This document shows positions 37,303-50,387 of a stretch of DNA of 64,000 bases, one piece after another (positions within the stretch are counted from its first letter, which is position 1; each line of letters opens with the position of its first letter). The translations under genes and the position numbers were made by a program. The DNA comes from Ranitomeya imitator (lineage: Eukaryota): positions 35,898,001 through 35,962,000 of the forward strand of contig NC_091282.1 in assembly GCF_032444005.1 (NCBI RefSeq), written 5' to 3'. Under the pieces are notes generated by a model that saw only the letters and a list, made by a program, of their open reading frames with translations, made no database searches and had not been told where the DNA came from.

Positions 37303-38871
37303 TGTTACACTCACGCCCTGACTGGTGGGCGTGAGCTCGGGGGTTTTGTGGCCCCACTGTGCCACAAACCAGACTACCCTGGAAGTGGCGTGACTATGAT
37401 AGCTGCCTGGGTTTTCACTGGAGCCTCTGATGGTGAGGACAGGCTTGTGCAGCAGGCAGCTGCCAGGTGCTACTGCAGGGTGGTGTCTGGCTGTGGCTGC
37501 TGATCCCACTTGGGAGACAGGAACACCAGGATTGGTGCGGGCATTAGGCAGGACTGGCAGAAGGGCACGGCTGGAACACAGACGAGTAGGCTGGCACGGC
37601 TGAGACAGGGCTGGCAGAGACACGGCAGAGAACACAGGGCTGGCAGAGACACGGCAGGAAACAGGACTGGCTAGGATGGCAGGAACACAGGACTGGAAGG
37701 CAGGGCAGGAACGGCAGGAACACAGGATTGGGAGGCACGGCAGAGAACACAGGACTGGTTGATGTGGTATATGAAGGAACAGGTAAGGGCCTGTTCACAC
37801 TGGACATGCAGGTACAGATATGTAGTTTGGAACACAGGGCTTGCTAGGACGGCAGGAGACACAGGACTGACTTAGGACGGCAGGAGACAGGACTGGCTAG
37901 GACGGCAGGAAACACAGGACTAGCTGATGAGATATTAGAATCAGGCGGCACTCAGATGACACCCGAGTGCAGTCCAATTGTGAGTGAGATGAAGGAACAG
38001 GTAGGGATATATAGTTTGGAGGAACAGGTAGGGACCTGTTCACACAGGAGAGGAGTGAAAGACTGCAGATAGGAATGGAAAAGCAGCAAGCGGTAGCGTA
38101 GCGACAAAAGCTGAGCAGAGCCACAAAGAATGTGGAGAGAAGCTGCAGCAAGAGATACTGCAGAAGCTAAGCAAAGTGGAACCGCAAGGATTGCAGAGAG
38201 GAACTGCAGCAAGAGGTTTCTGCAGCAACGGGAGCGGAGCAGAGTAAGACGGAGCAGAACCGCAGAAGTGCGGAGCAGCGGTAAAGCCACCAAGATGCAG
38301 AGCAGGCAGAGCCGCAAGAGTGCAGAGTGAAAGCAGACTGAGAACACAAGAAAAGACACAGCAGGGAAGGAAGCCACACACAAGGAGACCGAGATAAGAC
38401 TAAGTACAGACAAGGCAATGGAACAAGACACAAGGACAAAGACACAGGGACCAGGATATTCTGCCTCCTGGAGGGCGGACAAAGATCAAGGCAAATGCAC
38501 AGAGAAAAGCCTCCAGAGAGGGAGTAACATAGAGCTAGACCTGGCAAACTCAGAAGCAAAACACTAACTGAGCAAACACATTGCACAGGCCCAGACCACA
38601 GGGTGGAGCTGCCCTATATACAGGAGGCCTCTTGGCAATTGGCCAGAAGCACCTTAGGGAGGTGCACACAGTCTCAATAAGAATCCGGAGTGGCGGGCGC
38701 CCCCCCCCTATGCACACGGCCAGGAAGTGTACACAGAGCAGGCCGCCATGAAGCACATGGCATGGAACCAGCAGCAGACAGATCTCACAGCATGGCACTG
38801 GGTGAGTGAGTAGATGTAGCAGGCAGGTGGGGAATGGAAGGCCATGCAGTGATACCGACAGGGTTGTTACA
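37303..38871. mobile_element. Solo LTR, 1569 bp, 5-bp TSD GAGTG, internal purine-rich short repeats
   Basis: TG...CA ends, GAGTG at 37298-302 and 38872-76; shares the CACCCGAGTGCAGTCC segment with 16425-17142. Confidence 0.75.
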
Positions 38872-39107
38872 GAGTGATTGCTACATCGGTATTGCTGCAC
38901 CTGTGTTTCTGCCATCATTAATCGGGTCCATGTCGGTAAGCTCGGTATATAGGTTTATAACTGCTGCAAGTCAAGAAACCCACCACAAAGGGATCAGAAA
39001 TAATATAAATTGTTAGAATAGACTCACGCTGAAAAAACAAAGTATGGGAGAATTTTTTTTACTAATCTTAGAATGTTGCTGTAAAGAGATATACAGTAAA
39101 TATGTAA

Positions 39108-39682
39108 AGGTACCTTCACACATAACGATATCGTTAAGGATATCGTTGCAACGTCACGCTTTTTGTGACGTAGCAACGATCCCGCTAACGATATCTTTAT
39201 GTGTGACAGCGACCAACGATCAGGCCCCTGCTGGGAGATCGTTGGTCGCTGGGGAATGATCAAGACCTTTTTTTGGTCGCTGATCACACGCTGTCATCGC
39301 TAGATCGGCGTGTGTGACGCCGATCTAGCGATGTGTTTACCTGTAACCAGGGTAAACATCGGATTACTAAGTGCAGGGCCGCGCTTAGTAACCAGATATT
39401 TACCCTGGTTACCATTGTAAAAGTAAAAAAAAAACACTACATACTCACATTCCGATGTCTGTCACGTCCCTCGCCGTCAGCTTCCCTGCACTGTGTCAGC
39501 GCCGGCCGGCCGTAAAGCAGAGCACAGCGGTGACGTCACCGCTCTGCTTTACGGCCGGCTCTTACACAGTGCAGGGAAGCTGACACCGAGGGACGTGACA
39601 GACATCGGAATGTGAGTATGTAGTGTTTTGTTTTTACTTTTACAATGGTAACCAGGGTAAATATCTGGTTACTAAGCGCGGC
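39108..39682. mobile_element. PIF/Harbinger MITE, right end truncated
   Basis: TAA|AGGTACCTTCACACATAACGATAT start as at 31259; same internal palindromes. Confidence 0.85.
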
Positions 39683-41473
39683 GCAGGGAGAAAATGTAAT
39701 TTAATCAGATAATTTTTAAATATATAGATCTGCTTGGCTAAGTGCCTTTCACTGCAAGAACTAGGAGTGTATTAATCCACAGGACCATAAGCAGCAGATC
39801 CTGCATGTACATATGAATCAGGCTAAGATTCAGAACCACATTACAATAAAGTGCCTCATAGTATATACAGTATATCTTGGAGTGTTGATACAAGCCATAG
39901 GTAGATGGCATACACTTGATACAATATTAGTGCCTATGTTTTACCTGAAACAAGAAGCAAGTGCTGAGTGACCACTGCGTCTTCCACCACAACATGCATT
40001 AACGCGCGTTTCACTTATTCTTCCAGGGTGCCTTTTCTGTGGGGACTGAAGGCTGCTATTTTTAGGCTAGGCAGGGCCAATATCCACGTCCCCTTCCCAG
40101 CCTGAAAATACCAGCCCCCATCTGTCTGCTTTAGCTTGGCTGGTTGTCAAAATTGGAGGATGCATAATTTAAAAAAAACTGCATGGGACTCCTCTATTCT
40201 TGATAATCAGCCATGATAAAACTGACAGCTGTCATGCTGGGTGAGGGAGAAAGCTAAGTGCACAACAGCAGGAAGAGGGTGAGAGAGCCCAAACACTAGG
40301 AAAGGAGGGAGTGGAAACCCCTAGGCAGATCTGACAACAACCTGTCTGCCCTAATATCTCTAAATAGGTTCTGTACCCATCACTGAGCAGGAACCTAATC
40401 CCTGACTGCTACTGGCGATAGGCCCTGGATAGGGAGGGGGCAGGGCAAGTGTTAGTCAGCCCCCATTACCACCAAAGGCAAAGCAGGAAGACAAACAAGG
40501 GAATACACTTAGCCTGAGAGGACACAAGAGAGCTCACGCCAGCCATCCTCCAAAAGGCTTCAAGAAGAAACTTGTCGACTTCTAGCACTTCCAACAGACA
40601 GAAGTAAATAGAGCAAACACCACTGTCTAGCTGAAGGGACTAAAGGTATTTAAACATCCAGCAAGGGTGTGTCAATAAGCAGCAGAAGATGGAGGTTGCT
40701 GCTAGGTTCTAAAGGTAGAATGATATCACTCCATAACAGAGATGCAAAAATCAAGAAAGTGTTTGCAAGCGCAATTACCTTCAACAGCTGGATCAAAAAT
40801 GACTGTCTGCAGCACCTGGCACACCCGTGACAACATCAGCTTTGCCTGTGCTGGTTATCAAAAATGGAAGAGACCCCACATAATTTTTTAAATGTATTTT
40901 TTTATAGCACAGGCATCCGCTCATCGACAGCAGTCATACAATGTAGGACGATGAGGGCAGTAGCCTCAGAAGATAATGCCTGTGACCAATAGTAATCTTT
41001 TTACCGCCGGTCACAGCTGCTGACTAACATGCTGTCATCTAACAGTGTGGGTACCGCAGCTGTCTCACCAGCGTTAACAATATTACCGCCGATCAGAGCC
41101 CATATTTGCCATGCTACCACACAGATGACAGCGTGGCAAACATTAAATTTCAGATGAATGGGTTCTGTTTTCCAGTTCGGGTACTGTTCTGGAACCTGAG
41201 CCGAACTTTTTTTTAATAATCGACCTGACTCGAACATCGATGGGTTCATCCAACACTAGTTAATATAGGTATGGCATGGAAATATTGCACTTACAGTGTC
41301 ATGTAATTTCTCTAGTATGGACTAGAGACAACAAGTCTATCTCTTTTCTCTGTATATTTTAGCACCTCTATGCTAGCAAAGAAACATGCAGACTGTAGAC
41401 TGCCTAACTCCTTGATAATTTAATGCCCGTTGTCCATTGATATCACATTTTTATTTATCTAATCCATAACATA

Positions 41474-43078
41474 CAGTGGGGCAAAAAAGTATTTAGTCAG
41501 TCAGCAATAGTGCAAGTTCCACCACTTAAAAAGATGAGAGGTGTCTGTAATTTACATCATAGGTAGACCTCAACTATGGGAGACAAACTGAGACAAAAAA
41601 TTCCAGAAAATCACATTGTCTGTTTTTTAACATTTTATTTGAATATTATGGTGGAAAATAAGTATTTGGTCAGAAACAAAATTTCATCTCAATACTTTGT
41701 AATATATCCTTTGTTGGCAATGACAGAGGTCAAATGTTTTCTGTAAGTCTTCACAAGGTTGCCACACACTGTTGTTGGTATGTTGGCCCATTCCTCCATG
41801 CAGATCTCCTCTAGAGCAGTGATGTTTTTGGCTTTTCGCTTGGCAACACGGACTTTCAACTCCCTCCAAAGGTTTTCTATAGGGTTGAGATCTGGAGACT
41901 GGCTAGGCCACTCCAGGACCTTGAAATGCTTCTTACGAAGCCACTCCTTCGTTGCCCTGGCGGTGTGCTTTGGATCATTGTCATGTTGAAAGACCCAGCG
42001 AAGTTTCATCTTCAATGCCCTTGCTGATGGAAGGAGGTTTGCACTCAAAATCTCACGATACATGGCCCCATTCATTCTTTCATGTACCCGGATCAGTCGT
42101 CCTGGCCCCTTTGCAGAGAAACAGCCCCAAAGCATGATGTTTCCACCACCATGCTTTACAGTAGGTATGGTGTTTGATGGATGCAACTCAGTATTCTTTT
42201 TCCTCCAAACACGACAAGTTGTGTTTCTACCAAACAGTTCCAGTTTGGTTTCATCAGACCATAGGACATTCTCCCAAAACTCCTCTGGATCATCCAAATG
42301 CTCTCTAGCAAACTTCAGACGGGCCCGTACATCTACTGGCTTAAGCAGTGGGACACGTCTGGCACTGCAGGATCTGAGTCCATGGTGGCGTAGTGTGTTA
42401 CTTATGGTAGGCCTTGTTACATTGGTCCCAGCTCTCTGCAGTTCATTCACTAGGTCCCCCCGCATGGTTCTGGGATTTTTGCTCACCGTTCTTGTGATCA
42501 TTCTGACCCCACGGGGTGGGATTTTGCGTGGAGCCCCAGATCGAGGGAGATTATCAGTGGTCTTGTATGTCTTCCATTTTCTAATTATTGCTCCCACTGT
42601 TGATTTCTTCACTCCAAGCTGGTTGGCTATTGCAGATTCAGTCTTCCCAGCCTGGTGCAGGGCTACAATTTTGTTTCTGGTGTCCTTTGACAGCTCTTTG
42701 GTCTTCACCATAGTGGAGTTTGGAGTCAGACTGTTTGAGGGTGTGCACAGGTGTCTTTTTATACTGATAACAAGTTTAATCAGGTGCCATTACTACAGGT
42801 AATGAGTGGAGGAAAGAGGAGACTCTTAAAGAAGAAGTTACAGGTCTGTGAGAGCCAGAAATCTTGATTGTTTGTTTCTGACCAAATACTTATTTTCCAC
42901 CATAATATGCAAATAAAATGATAAAAAAAAACAGACAATGTGATTTTCTGGATTTTTTTTTCTCAGTTTGTCTCCCATAGTTGAGGCCTACCTATGATGT
43001 AAATTACAGACACCTCTCATTTTTAAGTGGTGGAACTTGCACTATTGCTGACTGACTAAATACTTTTTTGCCCCACTG
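41474..43078 (-). mobile_element. Full-length Tc1 (IR/DR type) element
   Basis: ~200-bp TIRs starting CAGTGGGGCAAAAAAGTATT, inner direct repeat AAGTATTTGGTCAG, TA both sides. Confidence 0.97.
41689..42711 (-). CDS. Tc1 transposase, intact 340 aa, DD34E
   Basis: Paired-like [35 protein letters not shown] end. Confidence 0.95.
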   Translation of the reverse strand: MVKTKELSKDTRNKIVALHQAGKTESAIANQLGVKKSTVGAIIRKWKTYKTTDNLPRSGAPRKIPPRGVRMITRTVSKNPRTMRGDLVNELQRAGTNVTRPTISNTLRHHGLRSCSARRVPLLKPVDVRARLKFAREHLDDPEEFWENVLWSDETKLELFGRNTTCRVWRKKNTELHPSNTIPTVKHGGGNIMLWGCFSAKGPGRLIRVHERMNGAMYREILSANLLPSARALKMKLRWVFQHDNDPKHTARATKEWLRKKHFKVLEWPSQSPDLNPIENLWRELKVRVAKRKAKNITALEEICMEEWANIPTTVCGNLVKTYRKHLTSVIANKGYITKY

Positions 43079-43626
43079 TACATACTAATCAAAGAGTGTA
43101 TTTTTGACATGTGTGAGGAAATTGGAGTACAAGGGGAAGCCTAAAGAAGTAGATAAGAATTCCATGCAGATTAGCCATCACCTTGGACAAAAAGTCAGTT
43201 TGACTCCCCCTCCTATACACAGTCTAAGCAGTTTGAGTAATCATGTGATCGCTCGTATGCCATTTCCATGTTTACAGTCACATGGAGAGGAGATGCTCTT
43301 CCTCAATACTCAGTGAAAAACATAATTGAAAAAAGCAGGAAGAGAAGCTAGTTGGCAACTGACCGTAAGTATAAAATTCATACTTGCTGAAAATATGCTT
43401 TGGCTCACAAAACCGTATTAACCTATGCATCCTGGTGCATATGTTATAGTCATTGTCCCATAAGGAAAGTAGATTTTAATTAATAAATCTTGAAATAATA
43501 ATAAGTTCCGCAATTGTAAGTGTTACAAAAATGTTCCTGTGCTGAGATAATTTTATAACCACTGCTGGGTGCTGTGTAATGGCTGTGTCTGACCAAGTAA
43601 AGCGGCTCTAGTTCCTGGACAGCACA

Positions 43627-43795
43627 TAACACGGCTACTGACCTGGAGGCGGGTCATAGGTCACTTATGATAAGCGAGTATACAGATGCCTGCATTATCA
43701 CAGGAGTGAGTAACACGGCTCCTGACCTGGAGGCGGGTCATAGGTCACTTATGATAAGCGAGTATACAGATGCCTGCATTATCACAGGAGTGAGT
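43627..43795. repeat. 84-bp tandem duplication
   Basis: TAACACGGCT...CAGGAGTGAG at 43627 and 43711, one visible mismatch. Confidence 0.9.
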
Positions 43796-44854
43796 GTTTC
43801 TGAAGTGTCACAAGCCTGTGAGATCATTAAAAAATGACATAGAAATTACATCTTCTTTGACTGGAGTCGTTCTCTTTCTTTTCTTCCCCATCGTGTACAC
43901 TTGCCATGATATCATTTCACATCCACAGGTCGTCTCTGCGGACTTCTCTCATCTCCATTCTACTGCAGCACATCCCAACATGGTGCTCTGAAAAATAGCA
44001 GAGAGATGTTAATGGTCATAAATTAAAATATCTGCTTCATGCTGTGCCCCTGAATAAATGACTGCTCCTCACTCTGCTCCCTGCACAAAATATGACTTTG
44101 CGCTGTCCGTCTTAAGGTACATGGTATCCACACTGTCCTAACCTATAAAATATTGTATCCACAACATGAACCATAATCCCCACACTGTCCCCCTTATGAA
44201 CTATATCTACCACTCAGTCCGAACATATTAACTATAACCACCACACTGTCCCTATCTTTACTGTCATCTCACGTTGCCTCCTTTACATACCGAACCCACT
44301 CTTCACATTGTCCCCTCTATGTCTCCTCTCTATACTGTGCCCCATACTGTCCCCTCACACTATGTTCGCCCCATACTGCCCAGTCTATATACTGTTCCCC
44401 CTCCTCACACTTTTCCTTCCTCTTCGCACTTTTACACAAGGCTATTTTATTTACCAGTATATGAAAAAGGCACAAAAACAAGTCAAAACACAATGTACTA
44501 GACTCCGCTTTTTCTCGACCAGAGGAACTTTTGGCCTTCACCACACAATACATATAAATATATCATGAGTCACGATTCCGATGGACATCATTTTTTATAT
44601 CTAGTTTTCATTTTCTATTGTTTTCTTCTTTGTTCTTTCATATATCAGAATTTCAGCATATGTAACTATGGACATTTTACTGCTAATTATGTAACATTTA
44701 CACACAAAAATGAAATGTTAGAATTTGTCTCATGGATTCCAGTGCAATGACATTTTGCTTTCATAACACTATTCAAGGACAGAAAAAAATTGAAATAGTA
44801 AACAATAATAACTCTTTTTGCGCAAATAAAATTATATAGGGGATAACCCACCAA

Positions 44855-47224
44855 CAAGGCTGCCATCAGGGATTTCAAGGCCCCATACTGGCAAAATTTT
44901 TGAGCCCTTGAGACTCCTCCTAGGCTCCACCCAAACTCCACCTGCACCTCCCAAACCTTCCATAGTTCCACAGCCCACTCTTGACAAAACTCCACTTCTG
45001 TATCACGTTCTCACCAATCACACATTAACAGTTCCCATCGAACACCAGATCACATATATAGCCATCAGCTTTTGTTTTGACCAAAAGATTATTTAAGCTT
45101 CATCTCACCACGGAAAGGTAAACTCTTTTGGCCGGGCCCTACTGCACTCTAACTATTAAAAATTAGTCAAAATTTCCAATACTCTCTATAAGTATATTTT
45201 TATTTAATTTTCTTTATGGGAATTTGTCACATACATTTTTTTTTAAATGAGCAATAATATCACATACAAGGGACAAATACACACCATGACCAGATCACAT
45301 TATCACCACTGTTGTGAATTCTGTTGTCGGGCTCCCTCCTGTGGTCATGAATGGTACTTCGGCTGGTTCTCTCCATGGACTTCCTCTGGTGGCTGTGGGT
45401 GTTTCTGAGTTTCCTTCCACAGGTGACGAGGTTAATTCGTTAGCTGGCTGCTCTATTTAACTCCACTTAGATCTTTACTCCATGCCACCTGTCAATGTTC
45501 CAGTATTGGTCTAGTTCTCTCCTGGATTGTTCTTGTGACCTGTCTTCCCAGCAGAAGCTAAGTTCCTGCTTGTTTTCCTTTGGTTTGCTATTTTTCTGTC
45601 CAGCTTGCTATTTTTATTGTGGTCTTGCTTGCTGGAAGCTCTGGGACGCAGAGGGAGCGCCTCCGCACCGTGAGTCGGTGCGGAGGGTCTTTTTGCGCCC
45701 TCTGCGTGGTCTTTTTGTAGGTTTTTGTGCTGACCGCAAAGCAACCTTTCCTATCCTCAGTCTGTTCAGTAAGTCGGGCCTCACTTTGCTAAATCTATTT
45801 CATCTCTGTGTTTGTATTTTCATCTTTACTCACGGTCATTATATGTGGGGGGCTGCCTTTTCCTTTGGGGAATTTCTCTGAGGCAAGGTAGGCTTTATTT
45901 TTCTATCTTCAGGGCTAGCTAGTTCCTTAGGCTGTGCTTAGTTGCATAGGGAGCGTTAGGAGCATTCCACGGCTATTTCTAGTGTGTGTGATAGGATTAG
46001 GGATTGCGGTCAGCAGAGTTCCCACGTCCCAGAGCTCGTCCTTTATTATCAGTAACTATCAGGTCATTCCGTGTGCTCTTAACCACCAGGTCCATTATTG
46101 TCCTGACCACCAGGTCATAACACACCACATAGTGACCGAATAATACCACATAAAAGGGAAAAATACCACCACACCATGACTAGACCACATATTACCCAGC
46201 ACATAGTGACTGAATAATACCATGTGCAAGGGAGAAATACGGCCACACCATGACCAGACCACACCACATATTACCACCACATAGTGACTGAATGAAACCA
46301 TGTACAAGGAAGAAATGCTGCCACACAATGACCAGATCACATAGTAACCAAATACTACAATACTGATCAATAATAAAAAACTACAATACTAATATTACCA
46401 TTAGTGCCATTATACACAGGAGCTCTGAACATAGTCTACAGTGTATAGTGTCAGTGTACAGGTAACACATTGACTCACTGGTGACGTCTCTAGTTGAAGT
46501 CCTTCATCTTCGCTTTTCTTCCTCATCCAGCGCAGACCACAGCGCAGGAAATAACACACTGTTATCTAGAACTCTGCTTCTAAAACACATTCCCCAATTT
46601 TTACCCAACTTCTACCCTGTCAGATAAAGAAAAAAGCGACATAGTGCCGCCCTGCACAGCCACAGGACATCCCCTCAATTCATCACACTCCCACACCCCT
46701 CAGTCTCAATTCATAATTATTTGCTCTCATTCACACCAGGTACAGCATCATTTGCTCTCCCTCACCTTCAATACATAATTTACTCTCCCCCACCACCAAT
46801 TCATCATTATTTGCTCTCCCCTACCCCATCTCCCACCTTCAATTCATCATGTGCTCTCCCCATCCCCCACCCTCAAGTCATCGTCATTTGCTCCCCCACG
46901 CCTATTTAATTGATTTTATTGAAAAAAAATGTTTTTCATACTTACCTCTCATATCATCCCCTGCAGCTCCACTTCTGGTTATCAGAGCATACATGCTGTC
47001 ACCTACGCGATTATGCCGTTCTGTTTTGACAACCGTGGAGCTCCAGGAAAGTTCTCTTCGCTGAGATGTGTGCTGGCACCATCGTCATTATCATTCACTA
47101 TGGGTCCAACCCACCCCTGCCACTCGGGCCTGGGGAGTAGAAGCAAAAGAGGGTCCCCATCTTTGCTTCTGTTCACCGGGTCCCATACACCAGTAAGGGT
47201 AATAATGCCCTGATGTTGGCCCTG
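44855..47224. mobile_element. Degenerate Harbinger-like non-autonomous element with ~70-bp internal repeats
   Basis: Ends CAAGGCTGCCATCAGGG / CCCTGATGTTGGCCCTG, flanks CAA/CAG; tandem units at ~45270-45309 and 46123-46350. Confidence 0.45.
45310..46122 (+). mobile_element. Solo LTR of the chromodomain Gypsy family at 54065-59670, 6-bp TSD CACCAC
   Basis: TGTTGTGAATTC...TCATAACA, inverse-similar to both LTRs of the full element; CACCAC at 45304-09 and 46123-28. Confidence 0.92.
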
Positions 47225-48619
47225 CAGTAGCTGCACATGGGCAACATTGCTCCACATATTGTCTACGGTACTGCTGGAAATAGCCAAGTAGTGCAAGGCC
47301 ACACTATGCATTGATAAATTATATACAGTCTCGATACGTATAACAATGAGATACATTTTGAACCGTACATACTAAAAAAACTAATAAAAGTAAAATTTTA
47401 TATTTCGGAATCATTAGGAATTATTTGTCCTTCGCAATTTGTAAATAATGTAATTGTTATCCTACGCCGATTCCATGAACAATTTTGGTGCTTTACAATC
47501 CTCATTGTCAACCCCAAAAAATAAAGACTTGTGCTTGTGTCTTTAGTGTCTTGCACTGACATGTTATATCTTCTGTTTTTCTCCGGCTTATAATAATCCC
47601 CCGGGTCTGCTGGATAATGGGGTATGACCGTGTGTACTATATACATTGACTTCTCCACTCAGGGAGCGGTGACCTCCGGATCCCTGGCGTTCCTACCATG
47701 TCTAATTGGTATGTCATCAGGGAAATCCCCCCTCAAGCACAGATCTCCAGGGGTCTTAAGGGATTGCAATAATTGTGTTAAGAGGAAGTTATTAAATATT
47801 GGAGCATCTTGCATGCATTAAGAAAATTTATGCCACCGTGTCGGAATTGTTCTCCGCATGCATTCAATGAACAAGAGTTGGCAATGGTTAAGTGTGTCAA
47901 GAAGATAATGGGGTCGGGGCGTTCCGAGATTGTAATGAGTTTATAAATTACACATGTAATTATAAATGAAGTTGAAAATGTTACATTTAAATAATTCAAT
48001 TACAAGGGTGGGAGGTATAAAGATATAATAGATGATGGCTCGTTAGCGGGAACCCTGGGAAACATGGCTGATGTGATAAATACCCCCATAATAATATTAT
48101 GTAGGACAAAGACAAAGTTGTAATGTTATAATAGAGGATCAGAAGTCTGGCTCCAACTGACAACCAAAGTCCTAACTTCCATTTCCTTATCTCTCACTGC
48201 TTGTATTGTATATAAAGTCACCAAGGTCTGGTGGCATAAAAACAGCAGGATCTAGTCTATGAATAAAGCAGCTCTTTCTCCTTCCTTCCCAGCAGAAAAT
48301 CCCAGAATACACAAACAAACCAGATACAGGACTACATAGGGCCAAACAGCAGCATGGCACCAAAGGTAACTGTTATGGGCTCACCTGCTGAGATGGATTC
48401 AATAAGCAGTAGGCAGCATGGACTAGAGATAACAGTGCAGCGGAGCGGGTCTTGACACATGGATCAGTATGGACCAGAACAGCAGGCTATGCATGACTGC
48501 AGGCAAACAAGCCAAGCTGGTAGAACAGATGAGCAGAATAAGTATAGGAATAGTATAAGTATAGGAGTATAGCAAACTGGTATCTTCAGTCAGGAAAGCA
48601 GTTAATAACAGGAATGCAA

Positions 48620-50260
48620 GCTTGTATTTTCCGGCAGGGTATTGGTTAAACACAAGAGTAACTGAGAAGTTAATGGAGTCTGGTATCTTTCAGGAGTGCA
48701 AAGGTTAATAGCAGCAATTTAAGAGAACCATAAATGCAGTCTGATAACTTTCAGCAGGGTAACTGTTAATAGCTGCAATGTAAGAGAAAAATAAATGCAC
48801 TAGGGTATCTTCCGCAAGGCAATGGTCAATAGCAGCAATGTAAGAGAAAATAAATTCAGTCTGATATAAAAAAAAATAAATCTGACCAGCACCTCCATAT
48901 AGTGTGAACAGGTGCAAACTGCAGTGACTACATAATGTCCAAAAAAGCAAAGAGCGCAGCAGCACTCTGTAAGAGTCAAAATGTATGCAAACACTGATTA
49001 CAAAAGATCTGAACTGCATTATTGCTAAATAAAATGTACCGTACTTACAAAAATGAAGGTTCCTAGAGCATAAGTTGACCAATTCATGTATACCCATCAA
49101 CCATAGCAAGGTGACACTTCTCTGATGGGTACCTAACCTCTTAGGAGGGGGATACTATCACAAAAATTCTGAGACAGAGAGAGGCCAGAAAATTGCACCG
49201 TCTGGTCACCCGAAATCCTGCACTGATTACAACTGATTCACCATCCCATTAAACAGAGCAGGCTTTTCCTGGCTCTGTCAATGCAAAGGTTAATCAATTC
49301 AGCTGATATGCCCTGGAGCTCTGGAATTGCCAGTGATAGTTCTTACTTCCTGGTTAGGTGATGGAGGAGAAAATCAGTATTTGGAGTAAGCAGTTGGAGA
49401 GTTGTTCAGGAGATTTCTGATTGGTGTTGGTTTGCAAGTTTATACTCATCCTCTCCTATTTGGTTTGTGCCTCCTATTCTTCCCTGTTGTTTTGTGAGTA
49501 TAAATGCATTATTGCAGTTTGCTTTCATCCGTGTTTGTCTTCCCTTGTCTGTCTGGTTTGTTTGGTTAGTGTTATCCAATACACTTTAGCCTCACACCTC
49601 TCTGGGTGGGGGAGGGAACAGATAAGGTTTAAGATAGGAGCATAGAAAGGTACATGACCCTGGTATCTCCACCTTCTGGGGTAATATGTGGGACAGGGAT
49701 AAACTAGAGTGCTGACTAATATGAGTGATCACATAGGCACCCACAGTCCCAAGCAACTACGTGACAAGAGCAATGGTTAATAGCAGCACTATAAGAAAAA
49801 AAATGCAGTCTGATATCTTCCAGCAGGCCAATGATTAATATCAGCAATGTAAGAGATAAATAAATGCAGTTTGGTATCTTCCAGCAGAGCAATGGTTAAT
49901 AGCTGCTATGTAACAGATACCGTATATAAATGCACACTTTTATCTTACAGCAGGGAAATGGTTCATAGAAGCAATGTAAGAAAAATAAATGCAGTCTGGT
50001 ATCTTTCATGAGGGCAATGGTTAATAGCAGCCATACAAGAGAAAAATAAATGTAGTCTAATTTCTTCCAGCTGGGCAATGGTTAATAGCAGCAACGTAAG
50101 AGAAAAATACATGTAGCCTAGCATGTTCTAGCAAGTCAATTATTAATTTAATCAATGTTAGAGAAAAATAAACCAAGTACTGGTAGCGATGTAACAGCAG
50201 TAAATGTAGTCTGGGATCTTCTTTTAGGCCAATAATTAATAGCAACAATGTAACTGAGAG
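48620..50260. repeat. Degenerate ~61-bp tandem repeat, interrupted by an LTR-like piece (~49150-49766)
   Basis: Unit ~ATGCAGTCTGGTATCTTCCAGCAGGGCAATGGTTAATAGCAGCAATGTAAGAGAAAAATAA. Confidence 0.7.
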
Positions 50261-50387
50261 GTAAATGTAATGAAGTATATGCAAACTGGAGATTCAATTG
50301 AAGAGTTGCGGTACCTTGCTTGCAGCATCCATGTGTGAACAGTTACCTGGAGATTGTAACTTGCTGAGAGGTTGATGTGGTCAACAC

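Noticed and set aside
42062-42802. 246-aa ORFs antisense to both Tc1 transposases (also 61540-62280)
   Set aside because: Shadow frames of the transposase, shared only because the copies are near-identical.
43845-43990. Minus-strand exon candidate (TTTTTCAG acceptor, GTAATT donor)
   Set aside because: Stops in all three frames, and it lies next to MITE-like sequence.
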